DNA from: a virus
Virus record (IMG/VR): IMGVR_UViG_2932987669_000001
Location: 20,545-84,544 of that record
Direction: 5' to 3' (one strand)
DNA length: 64,000 bases
Shown piece by piece: positions 27,936-38,051 of the stretch (positions are counted from its first letter, which is position 1; every line of letters starts with the position of its first letter). The notes below the pieces were generated by a model, which ran no database searches, was not told the origin of the DNA, and saw only the letters and a program-made list of their open reading frames with translations. A program made the position numbers and the translations under genes.

Positions 27936-30900
27936 TGGATCTCGGGCTTGGCATTGTGGTGTCCCTGAAAGACATGTTGTCCCGGAACTCCGGCAAAGTT
28001 GAGCATGCCATGGAGAAGTTGGACGGGACCGTGGCGCGCACAAGCGAGAGAATGACGCGGAACCTGGAGCGCATCCAAAAGGGCACGATGATGGCTGGCG
28101 CGGGGCTCGCCTTGTTGGCGACACCCATCGCTTTGCTTTCGGCGACCGCTGAAACCCATAGGGCGCTCGGGGAGCTGGCCTCCCTGGGCGTCAAAGACTT
28201 GCGGGCCTTGGAGAATGCCGCCGAGTCGTTCACCAACGCTTGGGCGGGGACCACTAAGGCGCAGTTCATCACGAGCGCGTACGACGTGCGCAGCGCACTG
28301 GCGAATCTCTCCGATGAGGCGGTCGGCACCTTCACCGCGATGGCCGCCCTTGCGGCGAAGGCAACGAAGGCCACAACCGACGAAATGGTGGGGACCTTCA
28401 CGACGTCCTATGGGATCTTCAAGCCGCTGATGAAGGACATGTCCGACATGGAATGGGCCCGGACCTTCGCCGGCGGCATGGCCCAAACCGTGGCCAGCTT
28501 CAAAACGAACGGCAAGCAAATGGCCGACGCAATCAAGAATATCGGCGCGGTCGCGGCCAGTGCCAACGTGCCCATGGAAGAGCAATTGGCGATTCTTGGC
28601 CAGTTACAGACGACGATGCCTGGCTCTGAAGCGGGTACGCTCTACAAGGCTTTCATCATGAAGGCCGCCGAAGCGGGTGATAAGCTGGGCGTCTCCATGG
28701 TCGGGGCCGACGGGAGGCTCAAGGGCATCATTCCCATGTTGGAAGTGCTCCGCAAGGAATTCCCCGACTTCAGCCAGGCGGCCACACAGGTCGAGATCAA
28801 GAAGGCGTTCGGATCCGACGAAGCCGTGAAGTTCTTGCTCCAAATGAGTCAGGGGCTGGACGGTCTGAAAACCAACATCCAGAGCGTCCGCCAGGCGATG
28901 GAGACTGGCACCGTGGTCACCGAAAAGATGGCTCGGGCGATGAACCAGGACATCGGGGCCAGTTTCGAGGTGATCCGCCAACAGATTGCCAACCTCATGG
29001 AGATTCTCGGGCGGACCCTGCTCCCCATCGTCACCCCTGTCTTGAAGGCGGTGTCCAGCATCATCATGGGGCTTCAATCGATGGCGAAGGCGGTGCCTGG
29101 ATTGACCGGTGGCGTCCTTGCCCTGATTACCGCGCTTGGGGCGTTCCTGGTTGTAGTCGGTGGCATCGTGGCATCGATCGGCGCGGTGGGCCTGGCGATG
29201 CCCGCCATCAAAGCAGGAATCGCCGGGTTTGGTGCCGCCTTGGCCGGGGCCGGGTCGGCCATCGCTTCGGCATTCTTGCCGGTGACGGCAACGATTGCTG
29301 GTGTTGTGGCGGCCATCTATTTATTGAAAAAGGCATGGGACACCAACTTCGGCGGCATTCGCGAAATGGTCGAAGGTGCTTTTGCGCGGGTTCGACTCGC
29401 CTTTCGGGGCATCCGAACGTTGATTCGATCCCTGCGGGGCAGCGCGGGCGAAATGTCCGCCGAACTCGCCCAGAAGCTGAAAGCGTCCGGACTCATGGGC
29501 TTCGTAGTAGGCGTCTTCAAGATCTATTACCGGGTCCGCCAGTTCTTTGCAGGATTCCATGCAGCCATTACCCACGCCTTTTCGAGAGCGGGCGCGATCC
29601 TGGGCCCGGCCGTTAAAGCGCTGGTTACCGCCTTTGTGGATCTCTACAAGGCCGGGTGGTCGATCTTGGAGGTGATTGGCATCGTTTCGAGTTCGGCCAA
29701 CGGGAAGGCTTTCTATGGCCTCGGTGAAGGGCTCGGTATGGTCCTAGGCCTGCTGGTCCAAGTCGGTGCCTTTCTTCTGAAGGTGATCATTTACCCCATT
29801 GCCTTCTTGATCAAGCTGGTCGGCTACGTGGTCAAGGCCTTTGTGTGGCTCGGCAAATCCATCGTCAAGGGCATGGTCGCGGGGGTGAAGGCGATCTACA
29901 CCTACTTCCTGCCATTGCGCCTGGTCGTCCAGGCGTTTCGAATGCTGGGCCGCATGGGCCTGGCCATGTGGGACATGCTCACAGGTGGCACGTCGGTACT
30001 CGGCTTCTGGAAAGCGATTGGTAAGGCCATCTGGGACTTTCTCGGGACCCCGTTTCGCTGGGTTGCCGATGCTGCACGGGGTTTATGGCGGGCTTTGAGA
30101 AACAGCTTCGCCAACACGGTCCAAATGTGGGAAGGACTGGGGGAAACCATTTGGAACGGCTTGAAGAACACACCCTTGATTCGCGTGTTCTCCCAGTTGC
30201 TGGACTTGTCCAAGGTCCTGCAGGAAAAGAAGCGGGCCTTTTTCAACGCCGGGAAGGAATGGATTCTGTCCTTGGCCAAAGGGATCTGGTCAGCGATGAC
30301 CGCTCCCATTCAGCAGGTGAAAAAGGGTTTGGCCAAGTTGCGCAGCATGCTGTCGTGGTTTGGAAAAGAGAAGGCGTCCGAACCGAAGGTGGGCATCGAA
30401 CAGGCTCAGGCGGCATCCCATCAGAAGACACCTGAAATCGTCGGTGTGGACTCGCCGGCAACATCTATGATTTGGCCACAACGTTTCCTGGAAAAAATCT
30501 GGACATCTGGGGAGAGAATGGTGGCCAAAGCGAAAGCCGGGATGGCGTCTACTCTGACCCCAAGCGCGCAGCGGGCCATTGAAACGGCGCGCGCCCTTCG
30601 CGATCAATTGCAATCGGGATTCGGTGCAGTCACCCAACGCTTTCGGACGGTTCTCCAGGAGGCCCGCAAACCGTTCACGCTCCGGCTGCGAGACACCTTC
30701 ATTGAGACGTTTGGTAGGGCTTGGGAAGCCATGGTCGGCCTCCTGGTGAAGCGGCTCAAAGCAGCGCTCCAGTTTTCGGCCCAAAAGGCTGGAGGAGCTT
30801 ACCAATACGGGATCAGGCCAGTCGCGGTCGGCGCGATGGCCCTTTCGCCAATCCTGGCAGGCCCCTTACCGGCGGCAGCCGTCGGAGTGGGTGGGTTCCC

Positions 30901-31990
30901 GGTTCAGCAGATTCAACAAAATGAACCCGTGCGGGTTCAGGTCCAGGGGGCGTCGTGGCGTGCGGCCAAACCCCAAACGATGATCGCACATCAGAGACTG
31001 GCTCCAATGACCGGAACGACCGCCACTTACCGCTCGAGCCAACCGGCCCCCACCATCGATCAACCCGTCCTACAGATGGACTCGGGGCGCGACAGGCATC
31101 GCGTGTATGCTCGTCCTGGTGTTTTCGAAAAGGGCCAAACGGTTGTGGGCACAAGCCAGGCCATGGCCTCGATTCAGAAAACGGGTCCCAGCTCTGCGTC
31201 ACCAGCCTTCCAGGGCGCGATCGCTCACGATGGGCAAGTGGTTTCTCGACCAGAGCCAGGTCTGATCGTTCATCAGCGGATACTGGACAATCAGCAGAAT
31301 ACGTGGCGGTACGTGCCTCGCGCGATTGTCCCCGCGATTTCCGACCCAAACCAAAGCTATCGACAAACCGACACAACGTCAGTTGGCGTTCGTGTTGCGG
31401 TCCCAGCTACAAATGTCGGCACCGCCTCTCTTGGCGTGCCCCACCAAGAATTGACTGGAATGGATGCCCCGCACCAGCCAATCCGATTGGTCGTGGGTCT
31501 GAACGCTTCCGCGAGCGAGCAATCCTTGGCAGCTAACCAAACCCGAACCGCGAATCGAATCGCCGTCACGAGAATAGGGCTTTCACCGACACAGGAAGCC
31601 TATCGCGGCGTGGCGTGGGTTGCCCACCAAGTCGTTTCCTCGGTTGAGCACCTGTATCACGCAGTCCAAATGGTTGACCCCATCATGGCTGCTTTTGAAG
31701 AAGTGCCTGGATTCCAGCGGACGATCGACGCGGCTATTCCAGTGGATCGGCAGCGGCTCTTGTTTCAATCGCGACAAGGAGCGAGACCAAACCAAGACCA
31801 AGTCGCCGAGGCGAGCATCATCGCCCAAACGATCAGGCCCTTCATGGATCAGCTTGCGCAAAAGAACGAGGAATTGGCCGCTCGGCCGATCGACATCATC
31901 GTGAAAACAGAATTGGACGGTCGCGAAATCGCCGAGGCGGTCTATCGCGACATACGGGACCAAAAAATCAAGAATTACGAGACGTTTTGA
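27932..31990 (+). CDS. Tape measure protein (TP901-type core)
   Basis: 1352 aa, Ala/Gly-rich helical; core AMAQTVASFKTNG...GSEAGT; hydrophobic stretches; directly after the chaperone. Confidence 0.92.
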   Translation: MMDLGLGIVVSLKDMLSRNSGKVEHAMEKLDGTVARTSERMTRNLERIQKGTMMAGAGLALLATPIALLSATAETHRALGELASLGVKDLRALENAAESFTNAWAGTTKAQFITSAYDVRSALANLSDEAVGTFTAMAALAAKATKATTDEMVGTFTTSYGIFKPLMKDMSDMEWARTFAGGMAQTVASFKTNGKQMADAIKNIGAVAASANVPMEEQLAILGQLQTTMPGSEAGTLYKAFIMKAAEAGDKLGVSMVGADGRLKGIIPMLEVLRKEFPDFSQAATQVEIKKAFGSDEAVKFLLQMSQGLDGLKTNIQSVRQAMETGTVVTEKMARAMNQDIGASFEVIRQQIANLMEILGRTLLPIVTPVLKAVSSIIMGLQSMAKAVPGLTGGVLALITALGAFLVVVGGIVASIGAVGLAMPAIKAGIAGFGAALAGAGSAIASAFLPVTATIAGVVAAIYLLKKAWDTNFGGIREMVEGAFARVRLAFRGIRTLIRSLRGSAGEMSAELAQKLKASGLMGFVVGVFKIYYRVRQFFAGFHAAITHAFSRAGAILGPAVKALVTAFVDLYKAGWSILEVIGIVSSSANGKAFYGLGEGLGMVLGLLVQVGAFLLKVIIYPIAFLIKLVGYVVKAFVWLGKSIVKGMVAGVKAIYTYFLPLRLVVQAFRMLGRMGLAMWDMLTGGTSVLGFWKAIGKAIWDFLGTPFRWVADAARGLWRALRNSFANTVQMWEGLGETIWNGLKNTPLIRVFSQLLDLSKVLQEKKRAFFNAGKEWILSLAKGIWSAMTAPIQQVKKGLAKLRSMLSWFGKEKASEPKVGIEQAQAASHQKTPEIVGVDSPATSMIWPQRFLEKIWTSGERMVAKAKAGMASTLTPSAQRAIETARALRDQLQSGFGAVTQRFRTVLQEARKPFTLRLRDTFIETFGRAWEAMVGLLVKRLKAALQFSAQKAGGAYQYGIRPVAVGAMALSPILAGPLPAAAVGVGGFPVQQIQQNEPVRVQVQGASWRAAKPQTMIAHQRLAPMTGTTATYRSSQPAPTIDQPVLQMDSGRDRHRVYARPGVFEKGQTVVGTSQAMASIQKTGPSSASPAFQGAIAHDGQVVSRPEPGLIVHQRILDNQQNTWRYVPRAIVPAISDPNQSYRQTDTTSVGVRVAVPATNVGTASLGVPHQELTGMDAPHQPIRLVVGLNASASEQSLAANQTRTANRIAVTRIGLSPTQEAYRGVAWVAHQVVSSVEHLYHAVQMVDPIMAAFEEVPGFQRTIDAAIPVDRQRLLFQSRQGARPNQDQVAEASIIAQTIRPFMDQLAQKNEELAARPIDIIVKTELDGREIAEAVYRDIRDQKIKNYETF

Positions 31991-32460
31991 TGACTTGGGA
32001 CACGAAAGAACAGCAAGCATTTTTGGTGGATATTGATACGAGCGAGCGGCTAGCGTTTCAGTTCAATCCGAACGAGATTGTCGATGAAAAGAGCACGGCC
32101 TACGCGACCATTCGGATACCGGGGATGTCGCACCCACGGTATCAGTTTGTGGCAGGTGAAGCGCGCCGTATCTCGGTGAAAATTCAGCTCTTCAAGGGCC
32201 CGGTGCGACAGCAGGTGGCCTGGCTGCAATCGCTTTGCTATCCAGAGCACGCGGGAACGATGCTCAAGAACGCGCCACATCGCGTGATGCTGGTGTACGG
32301 CCAGCTGTATCCGGGCCTGGTTTGCATCGTGAAGCAGGTCAAGGCCCGGTTTTTTGAATTGTTCGATCGAGAAAGCCTGCTGCCGCAGCGAGCCGAAGTG
32401 GACCTGACCTTGGAGGAATACATAGAGCGATCAGTCGAGGTAATGGAGGTGCGCTTGTGA
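31987..32460 (+). CDS. CIS tube-initiator/baseplate protein (Afp7/Pvc7-like N-terminal part)
   Basis: FQFNPNEI...K...Y...PG...P..QF..G..R, C.VKQV..RF..FDRESLLPQRAEVDLTLEEY. Confidence 0.8.
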   Translation: MMTWDTKEQQAFLVDIDTSERLAFQFNPNEIVDEKSTAYATIRIPGMSHPRYQFVAGEARRISVKIQLFKGPVRQQVAWLQSLCYPEHAGTMLKNAPHRVMLVYGQLYPGLVCIVKQVKARFFELFDRESLLPQRAEVDLTLEEYIERSVEVMEVRL

Positions 32461-32744
32461 TTGGGAAAAGCTCGCGGTATCAGATGTCTATTCTGCATCG
32501 ATTGAAGGATGGGGACATTTTTGGGCTCCGTTCGCTGATTGATATTCCCCCGAGTGCGGATGATCGTTTTCATACGGTGGTGGAGGGTGATCGGATCGAT
32601 GCGTTGGCACACCTTTACTTAGGAGATGCAAACCTATGGTGGGTAATTTGTGACTCCAATGACATTTTCTTTCCGCTGAAGTTAGAAACTGGATCCACAT
32701 TACGAGTTCTCGCTACTCAGCGTGTCTGGGATTTTCTTGAGTAA
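32457..32744 (+). CDS. LysM / tail X-like baseplate protein
   Basis: HTVVEGDRIDALAHLYLGDANLWWVICDSNDI...L..G..LRV. Confidence 0.85.
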   Translation: MIGKSSRYQMSILHRLKDGDIFGLRSLIDIPPSADDRFHTVVEGDRIDALAHLYLGDANLWWVICDSNDIFFPLKLETGSTLRVLATQRVWDFLE

Positions 32745-33106
32745 AAGCACTGGGACCAACGTTTCTGTCCGTTCTTGAATGCCCCGATTACCAACGGCCG
32801 CCTTTCTCCTCTGCAGGTTCAAAAGCTCATGGTATAGGCCATATGGATCTTATTTCCTCGCTGAAAGATTCGGTAGAAGACCTTGCTAACGCTCTGTTTT
32901 GCTCGCCAGGATTACCTGTTTTTGTCTTTGGGGGTCTGTGTGTTGCTGATCACAGACTTGCTCTCGGTTGTTCGGCTCTCTGACGGTTGCGAATATGGAC
33001 CTGGAGCAACAACTGCCGTTCGTTTCCATTCTGGCCAGTTGTTCACTTTATCGCCAGAACGCTTGAGATTTTTGAAAAAAGTACCGCTTTTCGCCATCAT
33101 ATCTCC

Positions 33107-34609
33107 TCATTTCTTCAAAAGCTTCTCAAGGCGGTTCAGTGCAACCCCCTCCCGATCTAAATACGAAATAGGCAGTAATTGCAACCTCAATTTCGCCCCT
33201 GGTCGTTTCCAGTTGACCGCCAGGCCATTCTTAGAGTTTTTTCGCTTGAGTTCGTATCCAATTCCAAGATTTAAAGAAAACAAATTGAAATAACTCCGTG
33301 GCCCAACTCCAATAAAAGGCTCGAACAATACTTTATTAAGGGTGTTTTCGACGGAGATTGAATCTTTGTGAAAATCCAAGGCTTTGCTTTTGGGATAAGG
33401 TTCTATAAAAACGACGCGGCGAACTCCGGAGGAAATGATGTGTTTTGCACAATTATGACACGGGAAAGTAGTGCAGAAAATTTCTGCATCCTGAGTGCTA
33501 ATTCCCATCCGGCTGCAGGTTAGTAATGCTTCCATTTCGGCATGAACAACTCGGCCATATTCAGTTATATCCATAACGGAACTTTGCTTTAGTGCTTTTT
33601 TTATCTTTTTTCGCGATTTTTTAGGAGCATCATTGACGATTTTATCAATAATCTTTCTCTTCTCTGTGGTATTTGTGTCATACCCAAGGCGGTAGTCTCT
33701 ACCGCCTTCAGAGTCGCAAAAAATTCGCTCTTGCTCGTTGTAAGATGGCCAATAGAGACCTCCATCAGCCTTTGGCACATCATTTGCTCCTGTTGCTATT
33801 ATGTTCGTTCCTTTGGTTAGAACTGCCCCCACCTGCCTCGACAAGTCGGCTGAGCGTAATGCCGAAGAAAAGGCCAAAAACATGGAGTACTCATCAAATG
33901 TTGGTGTCACAAATGGATTTCCAAAAATCAGATCGAGTATCCGGGATATTTGTGCCTCTAAATAATTTAAATTGGAGTTAAAAGAAATAAAAAAATCTGA
34001 GAGATGAAATGCAGCTCTAACCTGTTGACCATGTTTTTTTGACTCAGCTTCGTCGCGACGGATCAATTTTTCAGCCTGGTCTTCATGCATCCCTTTGCGA
34101 ATCAGGCGTTGAATACGGTCTGTTTCGCAAGAATATACCCCAAAAATAAATACGCCAGGGTGGTAAATATTTCTAAGTCGCTCTATTTCATAATGGTGTT
34201 TGAGAGAGTTTATTATTGTCGCAGTTCGTTTTTTGGGAGTGACTCCGTTGTCATCTTCCGAGGATTCTCGAGTATCGTAGATTCGTGCCGCTGCAGCTAG
34301 TGCTAAAATCGAGTTGTCGCCAGATTTTTCTCTTAATTTATTCCCTTCATTCATTAACGCATTGGCTCGCTCGAAGGCCCCATCTGGAATCTTTGCGTCA
34401 GTCAAAGTCTCTATAATTTGATTTGAGACTTTGATCGTCTCAACTTGATACTGAAACACTTTCAAAAAACCTTTTATTAAATCACAGACTAAATCCAGAG
34501 GAGTACCAATCGCGCCAACGAGCCCAATTATCAACTCAGAATCAGAATACTGAGGTTCTTTCTTTGATTTTTTTGATGTACTTCTACCGCCATTTTGGTT
34601 TTTGCTCAT
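33107..34609 (-). CDS. Anti-phage dCTP deaminase (AvcD/Dcd-type: P-loop kinase-like domain + deoxycytidylate deaminase)
   Basis: IIGLVGAIGT N-terminus, TPTFDEY.MF.A...ALRSADLSRQVGA, zinc-site HAE and PCHNC; AT-rich and opposite to the phage genes. Confidence 0.92.
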   Translation of the reverse strand: MSKNQNGGRSTSKKSKKEPQYSDSELIIGLVGAIGTPLDLVCDLIKGFLKVFQYQVETIKVSNQIIETLTDAKIPDGAFERANALMNEGNKLREKSGDNSILALAAAARIYDTRESSEDDNGVTPKKRTATIINSLKHHYEIERLRNIYHPGVFIFGVYSCETDRIQRLIRKGMHEDQAEKLIRRDEAESKKHGQQVRAAFHLSDFFISFNSNLNYLEAQISRILDLIFGNPFVTPTFDEYSMFLAFSSALRSADLSRQVGAVLTKGTNIIATGANDVPKADGGLYWPSYNEQERIFCDSEGGRDYRLGYDTNTTEKRKIIDKIVNDAPKKSRKKIKKALKQSSVMDITEYGRVVHAEMEALLTCSRMGISTQDAEIFCTTFPCHNCAKHIISSGVRRVVFIEPYPKSKALDFHKDSISVENTLNKVLFEPFIGVGPRSYFNLFSLNLGIGYELKRKNSKNGLAVNWKRPGAKLRLQLLPISYLDREGVALNRLEKLLKK

Positions 34610-34667
34610 TAATTACCTGCAAAAAGGTGAAGAAATTCAGATTTTTTATCACTTTGAAGTCTTAGTT

Positions 34668-34697
34668 AGAATACACGTTACTTTGCCCAAATGTCAA
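34668..34697 (-). promoter_or_regulatory. Sigma70-type promoter of the dCTP deaminase
   Basis: Minus strand TTGACA-N18-TATTCT, ~60 nt upstream of ATG 34609. Confidence 0.65.
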
Positions 34698-34850
34698 TCA
34701 CAACAACAATTCAGCCCGCACGCAATTGAGCTGTTCATATGAATTTCATCGAAACCGAAAGCCGGGATATAGGTCTTGTGAAAAGGCTTCCGTGTTTTCC
34801 GCAAAGAACTAGATGTCTCTGTGCGCACTTGTCTGGGATCGTGGATTCTT

Positions 34851-34892
34851 GTGAGCCGAAAACCATTTTCTTCCTGTAGTTAGTCCCCAACA
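34851..34892 (+). promoter_or_regulatory. Bipartite late-promoter-like motif, copy 4 (before baseplate hub)
   Basis: GAGCCG-N15-CTGTAGTTAGTCCCCAACA. Confidence 0.72.
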
Positions 34893-34918
34893 CGCCATTT
34901 CGGCCAGAGTTGGGGACC

Positions 34919-36202
34919 ATGACCATCGATCCGTTCAAACCGACCTTCCTCATCCAAATCGAGGGCGAGACCCTTGCCGAGGACATTACCCAGGAGATCA
35001 CGTCTTTTACCTTCGAGGACAACGAGAAGGGACTGGACGTACTCACCCTGACGGTGACGAATCGGAACCATCAGTTCGTCGACCACCCGTTATTCCAGGA
35101 AGGCAACGAGATCGTGGCCCGCTGGGGCTACGTCGACAACCTGTCACCGCGCAAAAAGGCGGTGATCAAGGATGTCGATTATGAGTTCCCCGAAAACGGC
35201 GATCCGCGAATCCGCCTGAAAGCCTTCGACAAAGGGTTCAAGCTTTCTGGCAAAGAGAACCAGAAGGTGTGGCAAAAGCCCGCGCCGGGGATCTTGTATT
35301 CGGAGATCGCGGAGCACATTGCGAGGGCCAATGGCTTATCACCGGTTATCGAGCCGACCCTGACGCCGCACCTTCGCGTGGTGCAAAGCAACCAGTCTGA
35401 CGCCCACTTCCTTCAAGAGCTGGCCAAAAAGGCCAGGGCCCAAGATGGTGATGGTGCGGCCGGCTATGTCTTCTTCATTCAAGATGACACGCTCCACTTC
35501 CACCCGCGCCGACTGGAGCAGGCTCCCGCCATGGTTCTGGAGTACTTCACCAGCCGCCAGGGCTTGCTCCGATCCGTCCGGGTGGATGCTCGATCCCAGG
35601 GCGCAAAGGGTGCGGGCACCGAGACCACTACGATCGGGCTCGATCCCAGGAAGAAAGAACCGGTCGTTTACAAGGCCAATAACGACACCACGCCGGAACG
35701 CACATCCCTCGGCAAGCGAACCTATCTCGTCGACGCCAACACCGGCGAGGGCGGGTTCAAAGAGCAGGAGACCGGACACGTGGTGCCGACCTTCGAATCT
35801 GCCGAAGCGCTTCATGAAAAACCGACCCACGAGCCTTCCCAGGACGCGGCCGAGAGCCAGTTCAAGGAAACCGAACTTCGCCAAGTCGAGGCCACGGCCC
35901 AAACCATTGGGATTCCGCAACTGACCGCCAAGGCCAATGTCGAACTTCGTGGCCTCGGCCAAAAGCTGAGCGGAATCTATTACGTGACCTCGATCCGCCA
36001 CCAAATCGGAGAAAGCGGGTACACCTGCGACCTCCGACTTCGCAGGAATGCGCTGGGCGCCGGTGCCGGGGACAAGTCTGAAAAATCCAAGGGTATCCCC
36101 AACGAGCAGGCCGGCCCGGCAACGCCCCAGGAGAAACCGCCAGCCATGGTGACGGTGGACGCGGACACCGGCGACATCATCGAGGATCCGAGGGAGGGGT
36201 GA
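34919..36202 (+). CDS. Baseplate hub, late control D / VgrG gp27-like
   Basis: DNEKGLDVLTLT, F..G..I...WGY, SEIAE.IA...GL, QSNQSDAHFL..LA, G.YYVTSIRH. Start may be TTG 34910. Confidence 0.85.
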   Translation: MTIDPFKPTFLIQIEGETLAEDITQEITSFTFEDNEKGLDVLTLTVTNRNHQFVDHPLFQEGNEIVARWGYVDNLSPRKKAVIKDVDYEFPENGDPRIRLKAFDKGFKLSGKENQKVWQKPAPGILYSEIAEHIARANGLSPVIEPTLTPHLRVVQSNQSDAHFLQELAKKARAQDGDGAAGYVFFIQDDTLHFHPRRLEQAPAMVLEYFTSRQGLLRSVRVDARSQGAKGAGTETTTIGLDPRKKEPVVYKANNDTTPERTSLGKRTYLVDANTGEGGFKEQETGHVVPTFESAEALHEKPTHEPSQDAAESQFKETELRQVEATAQTIGIPQLTAKANVELRGLGQKLSGIYYVTSIRHQIGESGYTCDLRLRRNALGAGAGDKSEKSKGIPNEQAGPATPQEKPPAMVTVDADTGDIIEDPREG

Positions 36203-36684
36203 TGATCGCGCCTTTCTTTTTCCTTATTGCAACGGCCGTCAGCAGAGTTTGGCCGTCCCCTGGACCTGGCGATCGTGCCCATGTCACATGGCTGACAGCC
36301 GACTTGGAACCATCCCGGTTCGCCTGCCGTCATTGCGGCGACGTGGTGATCGATCGCCGACTTCTGGACGCCCTTTTAGCGCTCCAAGGGAAGGTAGGCC
36401 GCCCCTTGGTGATTCTCAGCGGGTATCGCTGCCCGCCGCACAACCGGGACATCGGCGGGGAGCTGAGAAGCTACCACACCAAGGGTCAAGCGGCCGACAT
36501 TCGCGCACCCGGCGTTCCGATCATGGCCCTATTCCAGGCCGCATTGGAGATCCCCGCCTTTCGCGGCGGCGGGATCGGCCTTTACCTCAATCGCAAGTTC
36601 CTCCACCTAGACATTCGCCCGCAGCGCTTTCGGTGGATTGTCCCACCACGGAACGCGCTGCCCAACAAAACCCATAGCCATTAG
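36199..36684 (+). CDS. Peptidase M15A (D-Ala-D-Ala carboxypeptidase family), putative endolysin
   Basis: FAC..CG, SGYRCPPHN..IGG...SYH..G.AADI, GIGLY...FLHLDIR; hydrophobic N-terminus. Confidence 0.88.
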   Translation: MMIAPFFFLIATAVSRVWPSPGPGDRAHVTWLTADLEPSRFACRHCGDVVIDRRLLDALLALQGKVGRPLVILSGYRCPPHNRDIGGELRSYHTKGQAADIRAPGVPIMALFQAALEIPAFRGGGIGLYLNRKFLHLDIRPQRFRWIVPPRNALPNKTHSH

Positions 36685-36692
36685 GAGAGTTC

Positions 36693-37007
36693 ATGAACGT
36701 TCTCGATTTCCTCCAGGAGTATCAGGCCGCCCTGATTTCTTTGGCCGTTGCCGTGATCGGCGCGGTGAAACTGACCTCATGGGGCCGGGCCAGGGCCGAA
36801 GTCCTCGACACCCTCGTGACCATCATCGAATCGTTGGGCCTGAAAGAGGCCAAGGCCGTCATGGCCGTCCAGGAGCGCCGCCTGTCTCAAGGTGCTCAAG
36901 ATGCACTTGCCCACGCCGTGAGCAAGGCGGATCCCAAGAAAAAGCCCAAACCACTGGGGCAGCGCCTCCTTGGTGAAGCGCTGCGGGGCATCATCCCCAA
37001 ACGGTAA
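36693..37007 (+). CDS. Small membrane protein, holin candidate
   Basis: N-terminal TM (AALISLAVAVIGAV), basic C-terminus, follows the M15 peptidase; AGGAG RBS. Confidence 0.5.
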   Translation: MNVLDFLQEYQAALISLAVAVIGAVKLTSWGRARAEVLDTLVTIIESLGLKEAKAVMAVQERRLSQGAQDALAHAVSKADPKKKPKPLGQRLLGEALRGIIPKR

Positions 37008-37056
37008 CCCACTCAGCGCGGTCTTTCGGGGCCGCGCCATTTTCGAGGTTTCTTGA

Positions 37057-38040
37057 ATGATTGCGACGGAAGACAAGCAACATGTCGAACGCTACCGAGA
37101 CCGATGGTTCGGCAAGTACCGAGCGATCGCTCGCGACAACAACGATCCCGAACGGCTCGGCCGCTTGCGGTTGGAAATACCCGCGGTGCTCGGGACCGGC
37201 CGAGAGAATTGGAGCGACTGGGCCTCACCCTGCTTCGCTTATGGCGGGCTTGACGATGTCGGTACGTTCCTAGTGCCCGAGGAAGGGGCGAGCGTCTGGG
37301 CCGAATTCGAGGGCGGGCAGGTCCAATACCCGATATGGACGGGCGTCTGGTTGGCGAAGAGCAACCCCGGCGAACAGCCCGAGGAAGCTACACGGCTCTG
37401 CAGCCATCCGACTTGCTTCGACTGCGAGGACAAGTTGGAGCATGCCCCGCATCCGTTCGACGGGCCGGAGCACCGGAAGTACCACGGGCACCCGCCCTAT
37501 TACTGCCCGCGCCGGAAGGTGCTCATCAAAACCGAAACCGGCCACACCATCGTGATGGATGACCGCGACCAGGAAGAGTTCCTGAAAATCATCGATCGCG
37601 CGGGTCAGATGCTCCACATGGCGTCACCCGTGAAGCGGACTGTTCAAACGGGAAACGCTCGACCGCGCCAAACGAGGGAAGCGGAACGTGGAGACCAGCT
37701 CGACCTTCGATCAGACATCCACGACCAGACTGCCAGAATTCAGATCACCGACTTGTCGGGCCAGCACCTGCTATTGGAAGCCCGCCAAGACAAGGAGAAG
37801 ATCCACCTCGAATCGCGCGACCGGGAGCGGACGAGGTGGCAGAAGGTTCTGCTGGACACCACGTCCGGCAAGGAGAAGGTCCATATCTGGGGGCTCAACG
37901 GAGCGCAGGAGGTGCTCATCGACTCGACTGCGGGCCGGGAGAAGATCCAGCTTCGCGACAAGGCCGGTTCCACCGTGATCATGGACGGCGTCACCGGGAA
38001 CATCGTGGTTCGTGCCACAAAGAAAGTTCTGATCGGGTAG
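37057..38040 (+). CDS. Baseplate spike, gp5/VgrG OB-fold + beta-helix (baseplate assembly V)
   Basis: GKYRA...DPERLGRL...P..G..VWAEFEGG...PIWTG; C-terminal repeats of I...D..G. Confidence 0.9.
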   Translation: MIATEDKQHVERYRDRWFGKYRAIARDNNDPERLGRLRLEIPAVLGTGRENWSDWASPCFAYGGLDDVGTFLVPEEGASVWAEFEGGQVQYPIWTGVWLAKSNPGEQPEEATRLCSHPTCFDCEDKLEHAPHPFDGPEHRKYHGHPPYYCPRRKVLIKTETGHTIVMDDRDQEEFLKIIDRAGQMLHMASPVKRTVQTGNARPRQTREAERGDQLDLRSDIHDQTARIQITDLSGQHLLLEARQDKEKIHLESRDRERTRWQKVLLDTTSGKEKVHIWGLNGAQEVLIDSTAGREKIQLRDKAGSTVIMDGVTGNIVVRATKKVLIG

Positions 38041-38051
38041 GAAGGCTATCG

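Noticed and set aside
34610-34850. AvcI-like antitoxin sRNA upstream of the dCTP deaminase
   Set aside because: The promoter at 34668-34697 leaves only a ~50-nt leader and little free space; no similarity can be shown by eye. Not excluded without RNA data.
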